Assembly (NCBI GenBank): GCA_964035545.1
Contig: CAXIUT010000183.1
Location: forward strand, 1,054,001 to 1,118,000
DNA: 64,000 bases
DNA from: Bugula neritina
Taxonomy: Eukaryota > Animalia > Bryozoa
Direction: 5' to 3'
In this document: piece after piece, positions 1 to 18,000 of the stretch
How positions within the stretch are numbered: the stretch's first letter is position 1
Layout of the letters: the number at the start of each line of letters is the position of its first letter
The notes under the pieces: generated by a model
What the model was told of the DNA's origin: nothing
Database searches by the model: none
The model's input: only the letters and a program-made list of their open reading frames with translations
Translations under genes and position numbers: made by a program

Positions 1-3000
1 TACACTGTAACATACTGAAATAAACTGCAACATACTACAACATATTGAAATACACTGCAACACATTGAAATATACTGCTACATACCTAAATATACGGTAA
101 TATACTGAAATATACTGTAACACATTGAAAAAACTGCAACATACTGAAATACACTGCAACGCACTGAAATACACCGCAAAATACTACAACATGCTGAAAT
201 ACACTGTAACATATTGAAATCCACTGCAACACATTGAAATATACTGCAACATACCGAAATATATGGTAAACTACTGAAATAGACTTTAACACATTGAAAA
301 ATACTGCAACATACAGAAATATACTGTAACACACTGAAATATACTGCAACATACTGAAATATACTGCGACACATTGCAATATACTGTAACATATTGAAAT
401 ATGCTGTAGCACACTGAAATACACTGCAACATCCTACAACATACTGAAATACACTGTAACATATTGAAATACACTGCAAGAAATTGAAATAGACTGCAAC
501 ATAACAAAATATATGGTAAACTACTGAAATAGACTTTAACACATTGAAAAATACTGCAACATACAGAAATATACTGTAACACACTGAAATATACTGCAAC
601 ATACTGAAATACACTGTAACATTCTGAAATATACTGCAACATACTGAAATACACTGCTACATACTGAAATATACTGCAACATACTGCAAAATACTGCAAC
701 ATACTGAAATACACTGTAACATATTGAAGTACACTGCAACACATTGAAATATACTGCAACATGCCAAAATATATGGTAAACAACTGAAATATACTTTAAC
801 ACATTGAAAAATACTGCAACATACTGAAATATACTGCGACACTTTGCAATATACTGTAACATACCGAAATATGCTCTAGCACACTGAAATACACTGCAAC
901 TCACTGAAATATACTGCAACATACTGAAATACACTGTGACATCCTGAAATATACTGCAACATTCTGAAATACACTGCTACATACTGAAATATACTGCATC
1001 ATACTGCAACATACTGAAATACACTGCAACATACTACAACATACTGAAATACACTGCAACACATTGAAATATACTGCAACATACCTAAATATATGGTAAT
1101 ATACCGAAATATACTGTAACGCATTGCAAAATACTGCAACATACTGAAATACACTGCGACACACTGAAATACGCTGCAAAATACTACAACATACTGAAAT
1201 AAACTGTAACACATTGAAATACACTGCAATACATTGAAAAATAATGCAATATACTGATATATACTGTAACACACTGAAATATACTGCAACATACTGAAAT
1301 ACACTGTAACATACTGAAATATACTGTAACATACTGCAACATACTGAATTACACTGTAACATACTGAGATACACTGCCGCATACTGCAACATATTGAACT
1401 ACACTGCAACACATTGAAATATATTGCAACTTATCGAATATATGGAAAACTACTGAAATATACTGTAACGCATTGAAAAAGACTGCAACATACTGAAATA
1501 TATTGCGACACCTAGCAATATACTGTAACATACTGAAATATGCTCTAGCACACTGAAATACAATGCAACTTACTGAAATATACTGCAACATACTGAAATA
1601 CACTGCAACATCCTACAATATGCTGAAATACACAGTAACATATTGAAATACACTGCAACACTTTGAAATATACTGCAACATACCGAAATATATGGTAAAC
1701 TACTGCAACATACTACAACATACTGAAATACACTGCAACACATTGAAATATACTGCGACATACCTAAATATACGGTAATATACTGAAATAAACTGTAACA
1801 CATTGAAAAATACTGCAACATACTGAAATATACTGTAACACACCGAAATATACTGCAACATACTGAAATACACTGTAACATACTGAAATACACTGCTACA
1901 TACTGAAATATACTGCAACATACTGCAACATACTGAAATACACAGTAACATACTGAAATAAACTGCAACATACTACAACATATTGAAATACACTGCAACA
2001 CATTGAAATATACTGCAACATACCTAAATATACGGTAATATACTGAAATTCACTGTAACGCATTGCAAAATACTGCAACATACTGAAATTCACTGCGACA
2101 CACTGAAATACGCTGCAAAATACTACAACATACTGAAATAAACTGTAACATGTTGAAATACACTGCAACACATTGAAAAATACTGCAACATACTGAAATA
2201 TATTTTAACACATTGAAAAATACTGCAACATACTGAAATACACTGCAACACATTGAAATATACTGCAACATACCGAAATATATGGTAAACTACTGAAATA
2301 TACTGTAACACATTGAAAAATACTGCAACATACTGAAATACACTGTAACATACTGAAATAAACTGCAACATACTACAACATATTGAGATACACTGCAACA
2401 AATTGAAATATACTGCAACATACCTAAATATACGGTAATATACTGAAATTCACTGTAACGCATTGCAAAATACTACAACATACTGAAATTCACTGCGACA
2501 CACTGAAATACGCTGCAAAATACTACAACATACTGAAATAAACTGTAACATATTGAAATACACTGCAACACTTTGAAATATACTGCAACATAACAAAATA
2601 TATGGTAAACTACTGAAATAGACTTTAACACATTGAAAAACACTGCAACATACTGAAATACACTGTAACATACTGAAATATACTGCAACATACTGAAATA
2701 CACTGCTACATACTGAAATATACTGCAACGTACTGCAACATACTCCAGCATACTGAAATACACTGTAACATACTGAAATACACTGCAACATACTACCACA
2801 TATTGAAATACACTGCAACACATTGAAATGTACTGCAACATACCGAAATATATGGTAAACTACTAAAATATACTGTAACATATTGAAAAATACTGCAACA
2901 TACTGAAATATACTGCGACACCTAGCAATATACTGTAACATACTGAAATATGCTCTAGCACACTGAAATACAATGCAACACATTGAAATATACTGCAACA

Positions 3001-6000
3001 TACCTAAATATACGGTAATATACTGAAATTCACTGTAACGCATTGCAAAATACTGCAACATACTGAAATACACTGCAACATACTACCACATATTGAAATA
3101 CACTGCAACATATTGAAATACACTGCAACACATTGAAAAATACTGCAACATACTGAAATATACTGTAACACACTGAAATATACTGCAACATACTGAAATA
3201 CACTGTAACATACTGAAATATACTGCAACATACTGAAATACACTGCTACATACTGAAATATACTGCAACATACTGCAACATACTGCAATACACTGTAACA
3301 TACTAAAATACACTGCAATATACTACAACATATTGAAATACACTGCAACACATTGAAATACACTGCAACTTACCGAATATATGGTAAACTACTGAAATAT
3401 ACTGTAACGCATTGAAAAATACTGCAACATACTGAAATATATTGCGACACATTGCAATATACTGTAACATACTGAAAAATGCTGTAGCACACTGAAATAT
3501 ACTGCAATTCACTGAAATATACTGCAACATACTGACATACACCGCAACATCCTACAACATACTGAAATACTTTGTAACATATTGAAATACACTGCAACAC
3601 ATTGAAATATACTGCAACATAACGAACTATATGGTAACCTACTGAAATATATTTTAACACATTGAAAAATACTGCAACATACTGAAATATATTTTAACAC
3701 ATTGAAAAATACTGCAACATACTGAAATATACTGTAACACACCGAAATATACTGCAACATACTGAAATACACTGTAACATACTGAAATATACTGCAACAT
3801 ACTGAAATACACTGCTACATACTGCAACATACTGCAACATACTGCAACATACTGAAATACACTGTAACATACTGAAATAAACTGCAACATACTACAACAT
3901 ATTGAAATACACTGCAACACATTGAAATATACTGCTACATACCTAAATATACGGTAATATACTGAAATATACTGTAACACATTGAAAAAACTGCAACATA
4001 CTGAAATACACTGCAACGCACTGAAATACACCGCAAAATACTACAACATGCTGAAATACACTGTAACATATTGAAATCCACTGCAACACATTGAAATATA
4101 CTGCAACATACCGAAATATATGGTAAACTACTGAAATAGACTTTAACACATTGAAAAATACTGCAACATACAGAAATATACTGTAACACACTGAAATATA
4201 CTGCAACATACTGAAATATACTGCGACACATTGCAATATACTGTAACATATTGAAATATGCTGTAGCACACTGAAATACACTGCAACATCCTACAACATA
4301 CTGAAATACACTGTAACATATTGAAATACACTGCAAGAAATTGAAATAGACTGCAACATAACAAAATATATGGTAAACTACTGAAATAGACTTTAACACA
4401 TTGAAAAATACTGCAACATACAGAAATATACTGTAACACATTGAAATATACTGCAACATACTGAAATACACTGTAACATTCTGAAATATACTGCAACATA
4501 CTGAAATACACTGCTACATACTGAAATATACTGCAACATACTGCAAAATACTGCAACATACTGAAATACACTGTAACATATTGAAGTACACTGCAACACA
4601 TTGAAACATACTGCAACATGCCAAAATATATGGTAAACAACTGAAATATACTTTAACACATTGAAAAATACTGCAACATACTGAAATATACTGCGACACC
4701 TAGCAATATACTGTAACATACTGAAATATGCTCTAGCACACTGAAATACAATGCAACTTACTGAAATATACTGCAACATACTGAAATACACTGCAACATC
4801 CTACAATATGCTGAAATACACAGTAACATATTGAAATACACTGCAACACTTTGAAATATACTGCAACATACCGAAATATATGGTAAACTACTGCAACATA
4901 CTACAACATACTGAAATACACTGCAACACATTGAAATATACTGCGACATACCTAAATATACGGTAATATACTGAAATAAACTGTAACACATTGAAAAATA
5001 CTGCAACATACTGAAATATACTGTAACACACCGAAATATACTGCAACATACTGAAATACACTGTAACATACTGAAATACACTGCTACATACTGAAATATA
5101 CTGCAACATACTGCAACATACTGAAATACACAGTAACATACTGAAATAAACTGCAACATACTACAACATATTGAAATACACTGCAACACATTGAAATATA
5201 CTGCAACATACCTAAATATACGGTAATATACTGAAATTCACTGTAACGCATTGCAAAATACTGCAACATACTGAAATTCACTGCGACACACTGAAATACG
5301 CTGCAAAATACTACAACATACTGAAATAAACTGTAACATGTTGAAATACACTGCAACACATTGAAAAATACTGCAACATACTGAAATATATTTTAACACA
5401 TTGAAAAATACTGCAACATACTGAAATACACTGCAACACATTGAAATATACTGCAACATACCGAAATATATGGTAAACTACTGAAATATACTGTAACACA
5501 TTGAAAAATACTGCAACATACTGAAATACACTGTAACATACTGAAATAAACTGCAACATACTACAACATATTGAGATACACTGCAACAAATTGAAATATA
5601 CTGCAACATACCTAAATATACGGTAATATACTGAAATTCACTGTAACGCATTGCAAAATACTACAACATACTGAAATTCACTGCGACACACTGAAATACG
5701 CTGCAAAATACTACAACATACTGAAATAAACTGTAACATATTGAAATACACTGCAACACTTTGAAATATACTGCAACATAACAAAATATATGGTAAACTA
5801 CTGAAATAGACTTTAACACATTGAAAAACACTGCAACATACTGAAATACACTGTAACATACTGAAATATACTGCAACATACTGAAATACACTGCTACATA
5901 CTGAAATATACTGCAACGTACTGCAACATACTCCAGCATACTGAAATACACTGTAACATACTGAAATACACTGCAACATACTACCACATATTGAAATACA

Positions 6001-9000
6001 CTGCAACACATTGAAATGTACTGCAACATACCGAAATATATGGTAAACTACTAAAATATACTGTAACATATTGAAAAATACTGCAACATACTGAAATATA
6101 CTGCGACACCTAGCAATATACTGTAACATACTGAAATATGCTCTAGCACACTGAAATACAATGCAACACATTGAAATATACTGCAACATACCTAAATATA
6201 CGGTAATATACTGAAATTCACTGTAACGCATTGCAAAATACTGCAACATACTGAAATACACTGCAACATACTACCACATATTGAAATACACTGCAACATA
6301 TTGAAATACACTGCAACACATTGAAAAATACTGCAACATACTGAAATATACTGTAACACACTGAAATATACTGCAACATACTGAAATACACTGTAACATA
6401 CTGAAATATACTGCAACATACTGAAATACACTGCTACATACTGAAATATACTGCAACATACTGCAACATACTGCAATACACTGTAACATACTAAAATACA
6501 CTGCAATATACTACAACATATTGAAATACACTGCAACACATTGAAATACACTGCAACTTACCGAATATATGGTAAACTACTGAAATATACTGTAACGCAT
6601 TGAAAAATACTGCAACATACTGAAATATATTGCGACACATTGCAATATACTGTAACATACTGAAAAATGCTGTAGCACACTGAAATATACTGCAATTCAC
6701 TGAAATATACTGCAACATACTGACATACACCGCAACATCCTACAACATACTGAAATACTTTGTAACATATTGAAATACACTGCAACACATTGAAATATAC
6801 TGCAACATAACGAACTATATGGTAACCTACTGAAATATATTTTAACACATTGAAAAATACTGCAACATACTGAAATATATTTTAACACATTGAAAAATAC
6901 TGCAACATACTGAAATATACTGTAACACACCGAAATATACTGCAACATACTGAAATACACTGTAACATACTGAAATATACTGCAACATACTGAAATACAC
7001 TGCTACATACTGCAACATACTGCAACATACTGCAACATACTGAAATACACTGTAACATACTGAAATAAACTGCAACATACTACAACATATTGAAATACAC
7101 TGCAACACATTGAAATATACTGCTACATACCTAAATATACGGTAATATACTGAAATATACTGTAACACATTGAAAAAACTGCAACATACTGAAATACACT
7201 GCAACGCACTGAAATACACCGCAAAATACTACAACATGCTGAAATACACTGTAACATATTGAAATCCACTGCAACACATTGAAATATACTGCAACATACC
7301 GAAATATATGGTAAACTACTGAAATAGACTTTAACACATTGAAAAATACTGCAACATACAGAAATATACTGTAACACACTGAAATATACTGCAACATACT
7401 GAAATATACTGCGACACATTGCAATATACTGTAACATATTGAAATATGCTGTAGCACACTGAAATACACTGCAACATCCTACAACATACTGAAATACACT
7501 GTAACATATTGAAATACACTGCAAGAAATTGAAATAGACTGCAACATAACAAAATATATGGTAAACTACTGAAATAGACTTTAACACATTGAAAAATACT
7601 GCAACATACAGAAATATACTGTAACACACTGAAATATACTGCAACATACTGAAATACACTGTAACATTCTGAAATATACTGCAACATACTGAAATACACT
7701 GCTACATACTGAAATATACTGCAACATACTGCAAAATACTGCAACATACTGAAATACACTGTAACATATTGAAGTACACTGCAACACATTGAAATATACT
7801 GCAACATGCCAAAATATATGGTAAACAACTGAAATATACTTTAACACATTGAAAAATACTGCAACATACTGAAATATACTGCGACACTTTGCAATATACT
7901 GTAACATACCGAAATATGCTCTAGCACACTGAAATACACTGCAACTCACTGAAATATACTGCAACATACTGAAATACACTGTGACATCCTGAAATATACT
8001 GCAACATTCTGAAATACACTGCTACATACTGAAATATACTGCATCATACTGCAACATACTGAAATACACTGCAACATACTACAACATACTGAAATACACT
8101 GCAACACATTGAAATATACTGCAACATACCTAAATATATGGTAATATACCGAAATATACTGTAACGCATTGCAAAATACTGCAACATACTGAAATACACT
8201 GCGACACACTGAAATACGCTGCAAAATACTACAACATACTGAAATAAACTGTAACACATTGAAATACACTGCAATACATTGAAAAATAATGCAATATACT
8301 GATATATACTGTAACACACTGAAATATACTGCAACATACTGAAATACACTGTAACATACTGAAATATACTGTAACATACTGCAACATACTGAATTACACT
8401 GTAACATACTGAGATACACTGCCGCATACTGCAACATATTGAACTACACTGCAACACATTGAAATATATTGCAACTTATCGAATATATGGAAAACTACTG
8501 AAATATACTGTAACGCATTGAAAAAGACTGCAACATACTGAAATATATTGCGACACCTAGCAATATACTGTAACATACTGAAATATGCTCTAGCACACTG
8601 AAATACAATGCAACTTACTGAAATATACTGCAACATACTGAAATACACTGCAACATCCTACAATATGCTGAAATACACAGTAACATATTGAAATACACTG
8701 CAACACTTTGAAATATACTGCAACATACCGAAATATATGGTAAACTACTGCAACATACTACAACATACTGAAATACACTGCAACACATTGAAATATACTG
8801 CGACATACCTAAATATACGGTAATATACTGAAATAAACTGTAACACATTGAAAAATACTGCAACATACTGAAATATACTGTAACACACCGAAATATACTG
8901 CAACATACTGAAATACACTGTAACATACTGAAATACACTGCTACATACTGAAATATACTGCAACATACTGCAACATACTGAAATACACAGTAACATACTG

Positions 9001-12000
9001 AAATAAACTGCAACATACTACAACATATTGAAATACACTGCAACACATTGAAATATACTGCAACATACCTAAATATACGGTAATATACTGAAATTCACTG
9101 TAACGCATTGCAAAATACTGCAACATACTGAAATTCACTGTGACACACTGAAATACGCTGCAAAATACTACAACATACTGAAATAAACTGTAACATGTTG
9201 AAATACACTGCAACACATTGAAAAATACTGCAACATACTGAAATATATTTTAACACATTGAAAAATACTGCAACATACTGAAATACACTGCAACACATTG
9301 AAATATACTGCAACATACCGAAATATATGGTAAACTACTGAAATATACTGTAACACATTGAAAATTACTGCAACATACTGAAATACACTGTAACATACTG
9401 AAATAAACTGCAACATACTACAACATATTGAGATACACTGCAACAAATTGAAATATACTGCAACATACCTAAATATACGGTAATATACTGAAATTCACTG
9501 TAACGCATTGCAAAATACTACAACATACTGAAATTCACTGCGACACACTGAAATACGCTGCAAAATACTACAACATACTGAAATAAACTGTAACATATTG
9601 AAATACACTGCAACACTTTGAAATATACTGCAACATAACAAAATATATGGTAAACTACTGAAATAGACTTTAACACATTGAAAAACACTGCAACATACTG
9701 AAATACACTGTAACATACTGAAATATACTGCAACATACTGAAATACACTGCTACATACTGAAATATACTGCAACGTACTGCAACATACTCCAGCATACTG
9801 AAATACACTGTAACATACTGAAATACACTGCAACATACTACCACATATTGAAATACACTGCAACACATTGAAATGTACTGCAACATACCGAAATATATGG
9901 TAAACTACTAAAATATACTGTAACATATTGAAAAATACTGCAACATACTGAAATATACTGCGACACCTAGCAATATACTGTAACATACTGAAATATGCTC
10001 TAGCACACTGAAATACAATGCAACACATTGAAATATACTGCAACATACCTAAATATACGGTAATATACTGAAATTCACTGTAACGCATTGCAAAATACTG
10101 CAACATACTGAAATACACTGCAACATACTACCACATATTGAAATACACTGCAACATATTGAAATACACTGCAACACATTGAAAAATACTGCAACATACTG
10201 AAATATACTGTAACACACTGAAATATACTGCAACATACTGAAATACACTGTAACATACTGAAATATACTGCAACATACTGAAATACACTGCTACATACTG
10301 AAATATACTGCAACATACTGCAACATACTGCAATACACTGTAACATACTAAAATACACTGCAATATACTACAACATATTGAAATACACTGCAACACATTG
10401 AAATACACTGCAACTTACCGAATATATGGTAAACTACTGAAATATACTGTAACGCATTGAAAAATACTGCAACATACTGAAATATATTGCGACACATTGC
10501 AATATACTGTAACATACTGAAAAATGCTGTAGCACACTGAAATATACTGCAATTCACTGAAATATACTGCAACATACTGACATACACCGCAACATCCTAC
10601 AACATACTGAAATACTTTGTAACATATTGAAATACACTGCAACACATTGAAATATACTGCAACATAACGAACTATATGGTAACCTACTGAAATATATTTT
10701 AACACATTGAAAAATACTGCAACATACTGAAATATATTTTAACACATTGAAAAATACTGCAACATACTGAAATATACTGTAACACACCGAAATATACTGC
10801 AACATACTGAAATACACTGTAACATACTGAAATATACTGCAACATACTGAAATACACTGCTACATACTGCAACATACTGCAACATACTGCAACATACTGA
10901 AATACACTGTAACATACTGAAATAAACTGCAACATACTACAACATATTGAAATACACTGCAACACATTGAAATATACTGCTACATACCTAAATATACGGT
11001 AATATACTGAAATATACTGTAACACATTGAAAAAACTGCAACATACTGAAATACACTGCAACGCACTGAAATACACCGCAAAATACTACAACATGCTGAA
11101 ATACACTGTAACATATTGAAATCCACTGCAACACATTGAAATATACTGCAACATACCGAAATATATGGTAAACTACTGAAATAGACTTTAACACATTGAA
11201 AAATACTGCAACATACAGAAATATACTGTAACACACTGAAATATACTGCAACATACTGAAATATACTGCGACACATTGCAATATACTGTAACATATTGAA
11301 ATATGCTGTAGCACACTGAAATACACTGCAACATCCTACAACATACTGAAATACACTGTAACATATTGAAATACACTGCAAGAAATTGAAATAGACTGCA
11401 ACATAACAAAATATATGGTAAACTACTGAAATAGACTTTAACACATTGAAAAATACTGCAACATACAGAAATATACTGTAACACATTGAAATATACTGCA
11501 ACATACTGAAATACACTGTAACATTCTGAAATATACTGCAACATACTGAAATACACTGCTACATACTGAAATATACTGCAACATACTGCAAAATACTGCA
11601 ACATACTGAAATACACTGTAACATATTGAAGTACACTGCAACACATTGAAATATACTGCAACATGCCAAAATATATGGTAAACAACTGAAATATACTTTA
11701 ACACATTGAAAAATACTGCAACATACTGAAATATACTGCGACACCTAGCAATATACTGTAACATACTGAAATATGCTCTAGCACACTGAAATACAATGCA
11801 ACTTACTGAAATATACTGCAACATACTGAAATACACTGCAACATCCTACAATATGCTGAAATACACAGTAACATATTGAAATACACTGCAACACTTTGAA
11901 ATATACTGCAACATACCGAAATATATGGTAAACTACTGCAACATACTACAACATACTGAAATACACTGCAACACATTGAAATATACTGCGACATACCTAA

Positions 12001-15000
12001 ATATACGGTAATATACTGAAATAAACTGTAACACATTGAAAAATACTGCAACATACTGAAATATACTGTAACACACCGAAATATACTGCAACATACTGAA
12101 ATACACTGTAACATACTGAAATACACTGCTACATACTGAAATATACTGCAACATACTGCAACATACTGAAATACACAGTAACATACTGAAATAAACTGCA
12201 ACATACTACAACATATTGAAGTACACTGCAACACATTGAAATATACTGCAACATGCCAAAATATATGGTAAACAACTGAAATATACTTTAACACATTGAA
12301 AAATACTGCAACATACTGAAATATACTGCGACACTTTGCAATATACTGTAACATACCGAAATATGCTCTAGCACACTGAAATACACTGCAACTCACTGAA
12401 ATATACTGCAACATACTGAAATACACTGTGACATCCTGAAATATACTGCAACATTCTGAAATACACTGCTACATACTGAAATATACTGCATCATACTGCA
12501 ACATACTGAAATACACTGCAACATACTACAACATACTGAAATACACTGCAACACATTGAAATATACTGCAACATACCTAAATATATGGTAATATACCGAA
12601 ATATACTGTAACGCATTGCAAAATACTGCAACATACTGAAATACACTGCGACACACTGAAATACGCTGCAAAATACTACAACATACTGAAATAAACTGTA
12701 ACACATTAAAATACACTGCAATACATTGAAAAATAATGCAATATACTGATATATACTGTAACACACTGAAATATACTGCAACATACTGAAATACACTGTA
12801 ACATACTGAAATATACTGTAACATACTGCAACATACTGAATTACACTGTAACATACTGAGATACACTGCCGCATACTGCAACATATTGAACTACACTGCA
12901 ACACATTGAAATATATTGCAACTTATCGAATATATGGAAAACTACTGAAATATACTGTAACGCATTGAAAAAGACTGCAACATACTGAAATATATTGCGA
13001 CACCTAGCAATATACTGTAACATACTGAAATATGCTCTAGCACACTGAAATACAATGCAACTTACTGAAATATACTGCAACATACTGAAATACACTGCAA
13101 CATCCTACAATATGCTGAAATACACAGTAACATATTGAAATACACTGCAACACTTTGAAATATACTGCAACATACCGAAATATATGGTAAACTACTGCAA
13201 CATACTACAACATACTGAAATACACTGCAACACATTGAAATATACTGCGACATACCTAAATATACGGTAATATACTGAAATAAACTGTAACACATTGACA
13301 AATACTGCAACATACTGAAATATACTGTAACACACCGAAATATACTGCAACATACTGAAATACACTGTAACATACTGAAATACACTGCTACATACTGAAA
13401 TATACTGCAACATACTGCAACATACTGAAATACACAGTAACATACTGAAATAAACTGCAACATACTACAACATATTGAAATACACTGCAACACATTGAAA
13501 TATACTGCAACATACCTAAATATACGGTAATATACTGAAATTCACTGTAACGCATTGCAAAATACTGCAACATACTGAAATTCACTGCGACACACTGAAA
13601 TACGCTGCAAAATACTACAACATACTGAAATAAACTGTAACATGTTGAAATACACTGCAACACATTGAAAAATACTGCAACATACTGAAATATATTTTAA
13701 CACATTGAAAAATACTGCAACATACTGAAATACACTGCAACACATTGAAATATACTGCAACATACCGAAATATATGGTAAACTACTGAAATATACTGTAA
13801 CACATTGAAAAATACTGCAACATACTGAAATACACTGTAACATACTGAAATAAACTGCAACATACTACAACATATTGAGATACACTGCAACAAATTGAAA
13901 TATACTGCAACATACCTAAATATACGGTAATATACTGAAATTCACTGTAACGCATTGCAAAATACTACAACATACTGAAATTCACTGCGACACACTGAAA
14001 TACGCTGCAAAATACTACAACATACTGAAATAAACTGTAACATATTGAAATACACTGCAACACATTGAAATATACTGCAACATAACAAAATATATGGTAA
14101 ACTACTGAAATAGACTTTAACACATTGAAAAATACTGCAACATACTGAAATACACTGTAACATACTGAAATATACTGCAACATACTGAAATACACTGCTA
14201 CATACTGAAATATACTGCAACGTACTGCAACATACTCCAGCATACTGAAATACACTGTAACATACTGAAATACACTGCAACATACTACCACATATTGAAA
14301 TACACTGCAACACATTGAAATGTACTGCAACATACCGAAATATATGGTAAACTACTAAAATATACTGTAACATATTGAAAAATACTGCAACATACTGAAA
14401 TATACTGCGACACCTAGCAATATACTGTAACATACTGAAATATGCTCTAGCACACTGAAATACAATGCAACACATTGAAATATACTGCAACATACCTAAA
14501 TATACGGTAATATACTGAAATTCACTGTAACGCATTGCAAAATACTGCAACATACTGAAATACACTGCAACATACTACCACATATTGAAATACACTGCAA
14601 CATATTGAAATACACTGCAACACATTGAAAAATACTGCAACATACTGAAATATACTGTAACACACTGAAATATACTGCAACATACTGAAATACACTGTAA
14701 CATACTGAAATATACTGCAACATACTGAAATACACTGCTACATACTGAAATATACTGCAACATACTGCAACATACTGCAATACACTGTAACATACTGAAA
14801 TACACTGCAATATACTACAACATATTGAAATACACTGCAACACATTGAAATACACTGCAACTTACCGAATATATGGTAAACTACTGAAATATACTGTAAC
14901 GCATTGAAAAATACTGCAACATACTGAAATATATTGCGACACATTGCAATATACTGTAACATACTGAAAAATGCTGTAGCACACTGAAATATACTGCAAT

Positions 15001-18000
15001 TCACTGAAATATACTGCAACATACTGACATACACCGCAACATCCTACAACATACTGAAATACTTTGTAACATATTGAAATACACTGCAACACATTGAAAT
15101 ATACTGCAACATAACGAACTATATGGTAACCTACTGAAATATATTTTAACACATTGAAAAATACTGCAACATACTGAAATATATTTTAACACATTGAAAA
15201 ATACTGCAACATACTGAAATATACTGTAACACACCGAAATATACTGCAACATACTGAAATACACTGTAACATACTGAAATATACTGCAACATACTGAAAT
15301 ACACTGCTACATACTGCAACATACTGCAACATACTGCAACATACTGAAATACACTGTAACATACTGAAATAAACTGCAACATACTACAACATATTGAAAT
15401 ACACTGCAACACATTGAAATATACTGCTACATACCTAAATATACGGTAATATACTGAAATATACTGTAACACATTGAAAAAACTGCAACATACTGAAATA
15501 CACTGCAACGCACTGAAATACACCGCAAAATACTACAACATGCTGAAATACACTGTAACATATTGAAATCCACTGCAACACATTGAAATATACTGCAACA
15601 TACCGAAATATATGGTAAACTACTGAAATAGACTTTAACACATTGAAAAATACTGCAACATACAGAAATATACTGTAACACACTGAAATATACTGCAACA
15701 TACTGAAATATACTGCGACACATTGCAATATACTGTAACATATTGAAATATGCTGTAGCACACTGAAATACACTGCAACATCCTACAACATACTGAAATA
15801 CACTGTAACATATTGAAATACACTGCAAGAAATTGAAATAGACTGCAACATAACAAAATATATGGTAAACTACTGAAATAGACTTTAACACATTGAAAAA
15901 TACTGCAACATACAGAAATATACTGTAACACACTGAAATATACTGCAACATACTGAAATACACTGTAACATTCTGAAATATACTGCAACATACTGAAATA
16001 CACTGCTACATACTGAAATATACTGCAACATACTGCAAAATACTGCAACATACTGAAATACACTGTAACATATTGAAGTACACTGCAACACATTGAAATA
16101 TACTGCAACATGCCAAAATATATGGTAAACAACTGAAATATACTTTAACACATTGAAAAATACTGCAACATACTGAAATATACTGCGACACTTTGCAATA
16201 TACTGTAACATACCGAAATATGCTCCAGCACACTGAAATACACTGCAACTCACTGAAATATACTGCAACATACTGAAATACACTGTGACATCCTGAAATA
16301 TACTGCAACATTCTGAAATACACTGCTACATACTGAAATATACTGCATCATACTGCAACATACTGAAATACACTGCAACATACTACAACATACTGAAATA
16401 CGCTGCAACACATTGAAATATACTGCAACATACCTAAATATATGGTAATATACCGAAATATACTGTAACGCATTGCAAAATACTGCAACATACTGAAATA
16501 CACTGCGACACACTGAAATACGCTGCAAAATACTACAACATACTGAAATAAACTGTAACACATTGAAATACACTGCAATACATTGAAAAATAATGCAATA
16601 TACTGATATATACTGTAACACACTGAAATATACTGCAACATACTGAAATACACTGTAACATACTGAAATATACTGTAACATACTGCAACATACTGAAATA
16701 CACTGTAACATACTGAGATACACTGCCGCATACTGCAACATATTGAACTACACTGCAACACATTGAAATATATTGCAACTTATCGAATATATGGAAAACT
16801 ACTGAAATATACTGTAACGCATTGAAAAAGACTGCAACATACTGAAATATATTGCGACACATTGCAATATACTGTAATATACTGAAAAATGCTGTATCAC
16901 ACTGAAATATACTGCAATTCGCTGAAATATACTGCAACATACTGAAATACACCGCAACATCCTACAACATACTAAAATACACTGTAACATTTCGAAATAC
17001 ACTGCAACACATTGAATTATACTGCAACATAACGAAATATATGGTAAACTACTGAAATATATTTTAACAAATTGAAAAATACTGCAACATACTGAAATAT
17101 ACTGTAACACACTGAAGTATACTGCAACATACTGAAATACACTGTAACATACTGAAATATACTGCAACATACTGAAATACACTGCTACATACTGAAATAT
17201 ACTGCAACGTACTGCAACATACTGCAGCATACTGAAATACACTGTAACATACTGAAATACACTGCAACATACTACCACATATTGAAATACACTGCAACAC
17301 ATTGAAATGTACTGCAACATACCGAAATATATGGTAAACTACTAAAATATACTGTAACACATTGAAAAATACTGCAACATACTGAAATATACTGCGACAC
17401 CTAGCAGTATACTGTAACATACTGAAATATGCTCTAGCACACTGAAATACAATGCAACTTACTGAAATATACTGCAACATACTGAAATACACTGCAACAT
17501 CCTACAATATGCTGAAATACACAGTAACATATTGAAATACACTGCAACACTTTGAAATATACTGCAACATACCGAAATATATGGTAAACTACTGCAACAT
17601 ACTACAACATACTGAAATACACTGCAACACATTGAAATATACTGCGACATACCTAAATATACAGTAATATACTGAAATATACCGTAACACATTGAAAAAT
17701 ACTGCAACATAACGAACTATATGGTAACCTACTGAAATATATTTTAACACATTGAAAAATACTGCAACATACTGAAATATACTGTAACACACCGAAATAT
17801 ACTGCAACATACTGAAATACACTGTAACATACTGAAATATACTGCAACATACTGAAATACACTGCTACATACTGCAACATACTGCAACATACTGCAACAT
17901 ACTGAAATACACTGTAACATACTGAAATAAACTGCAACATACTACAACATATTGAAATACACTGCAACACATTGAAATATACTGCTACATACCTAAATAT

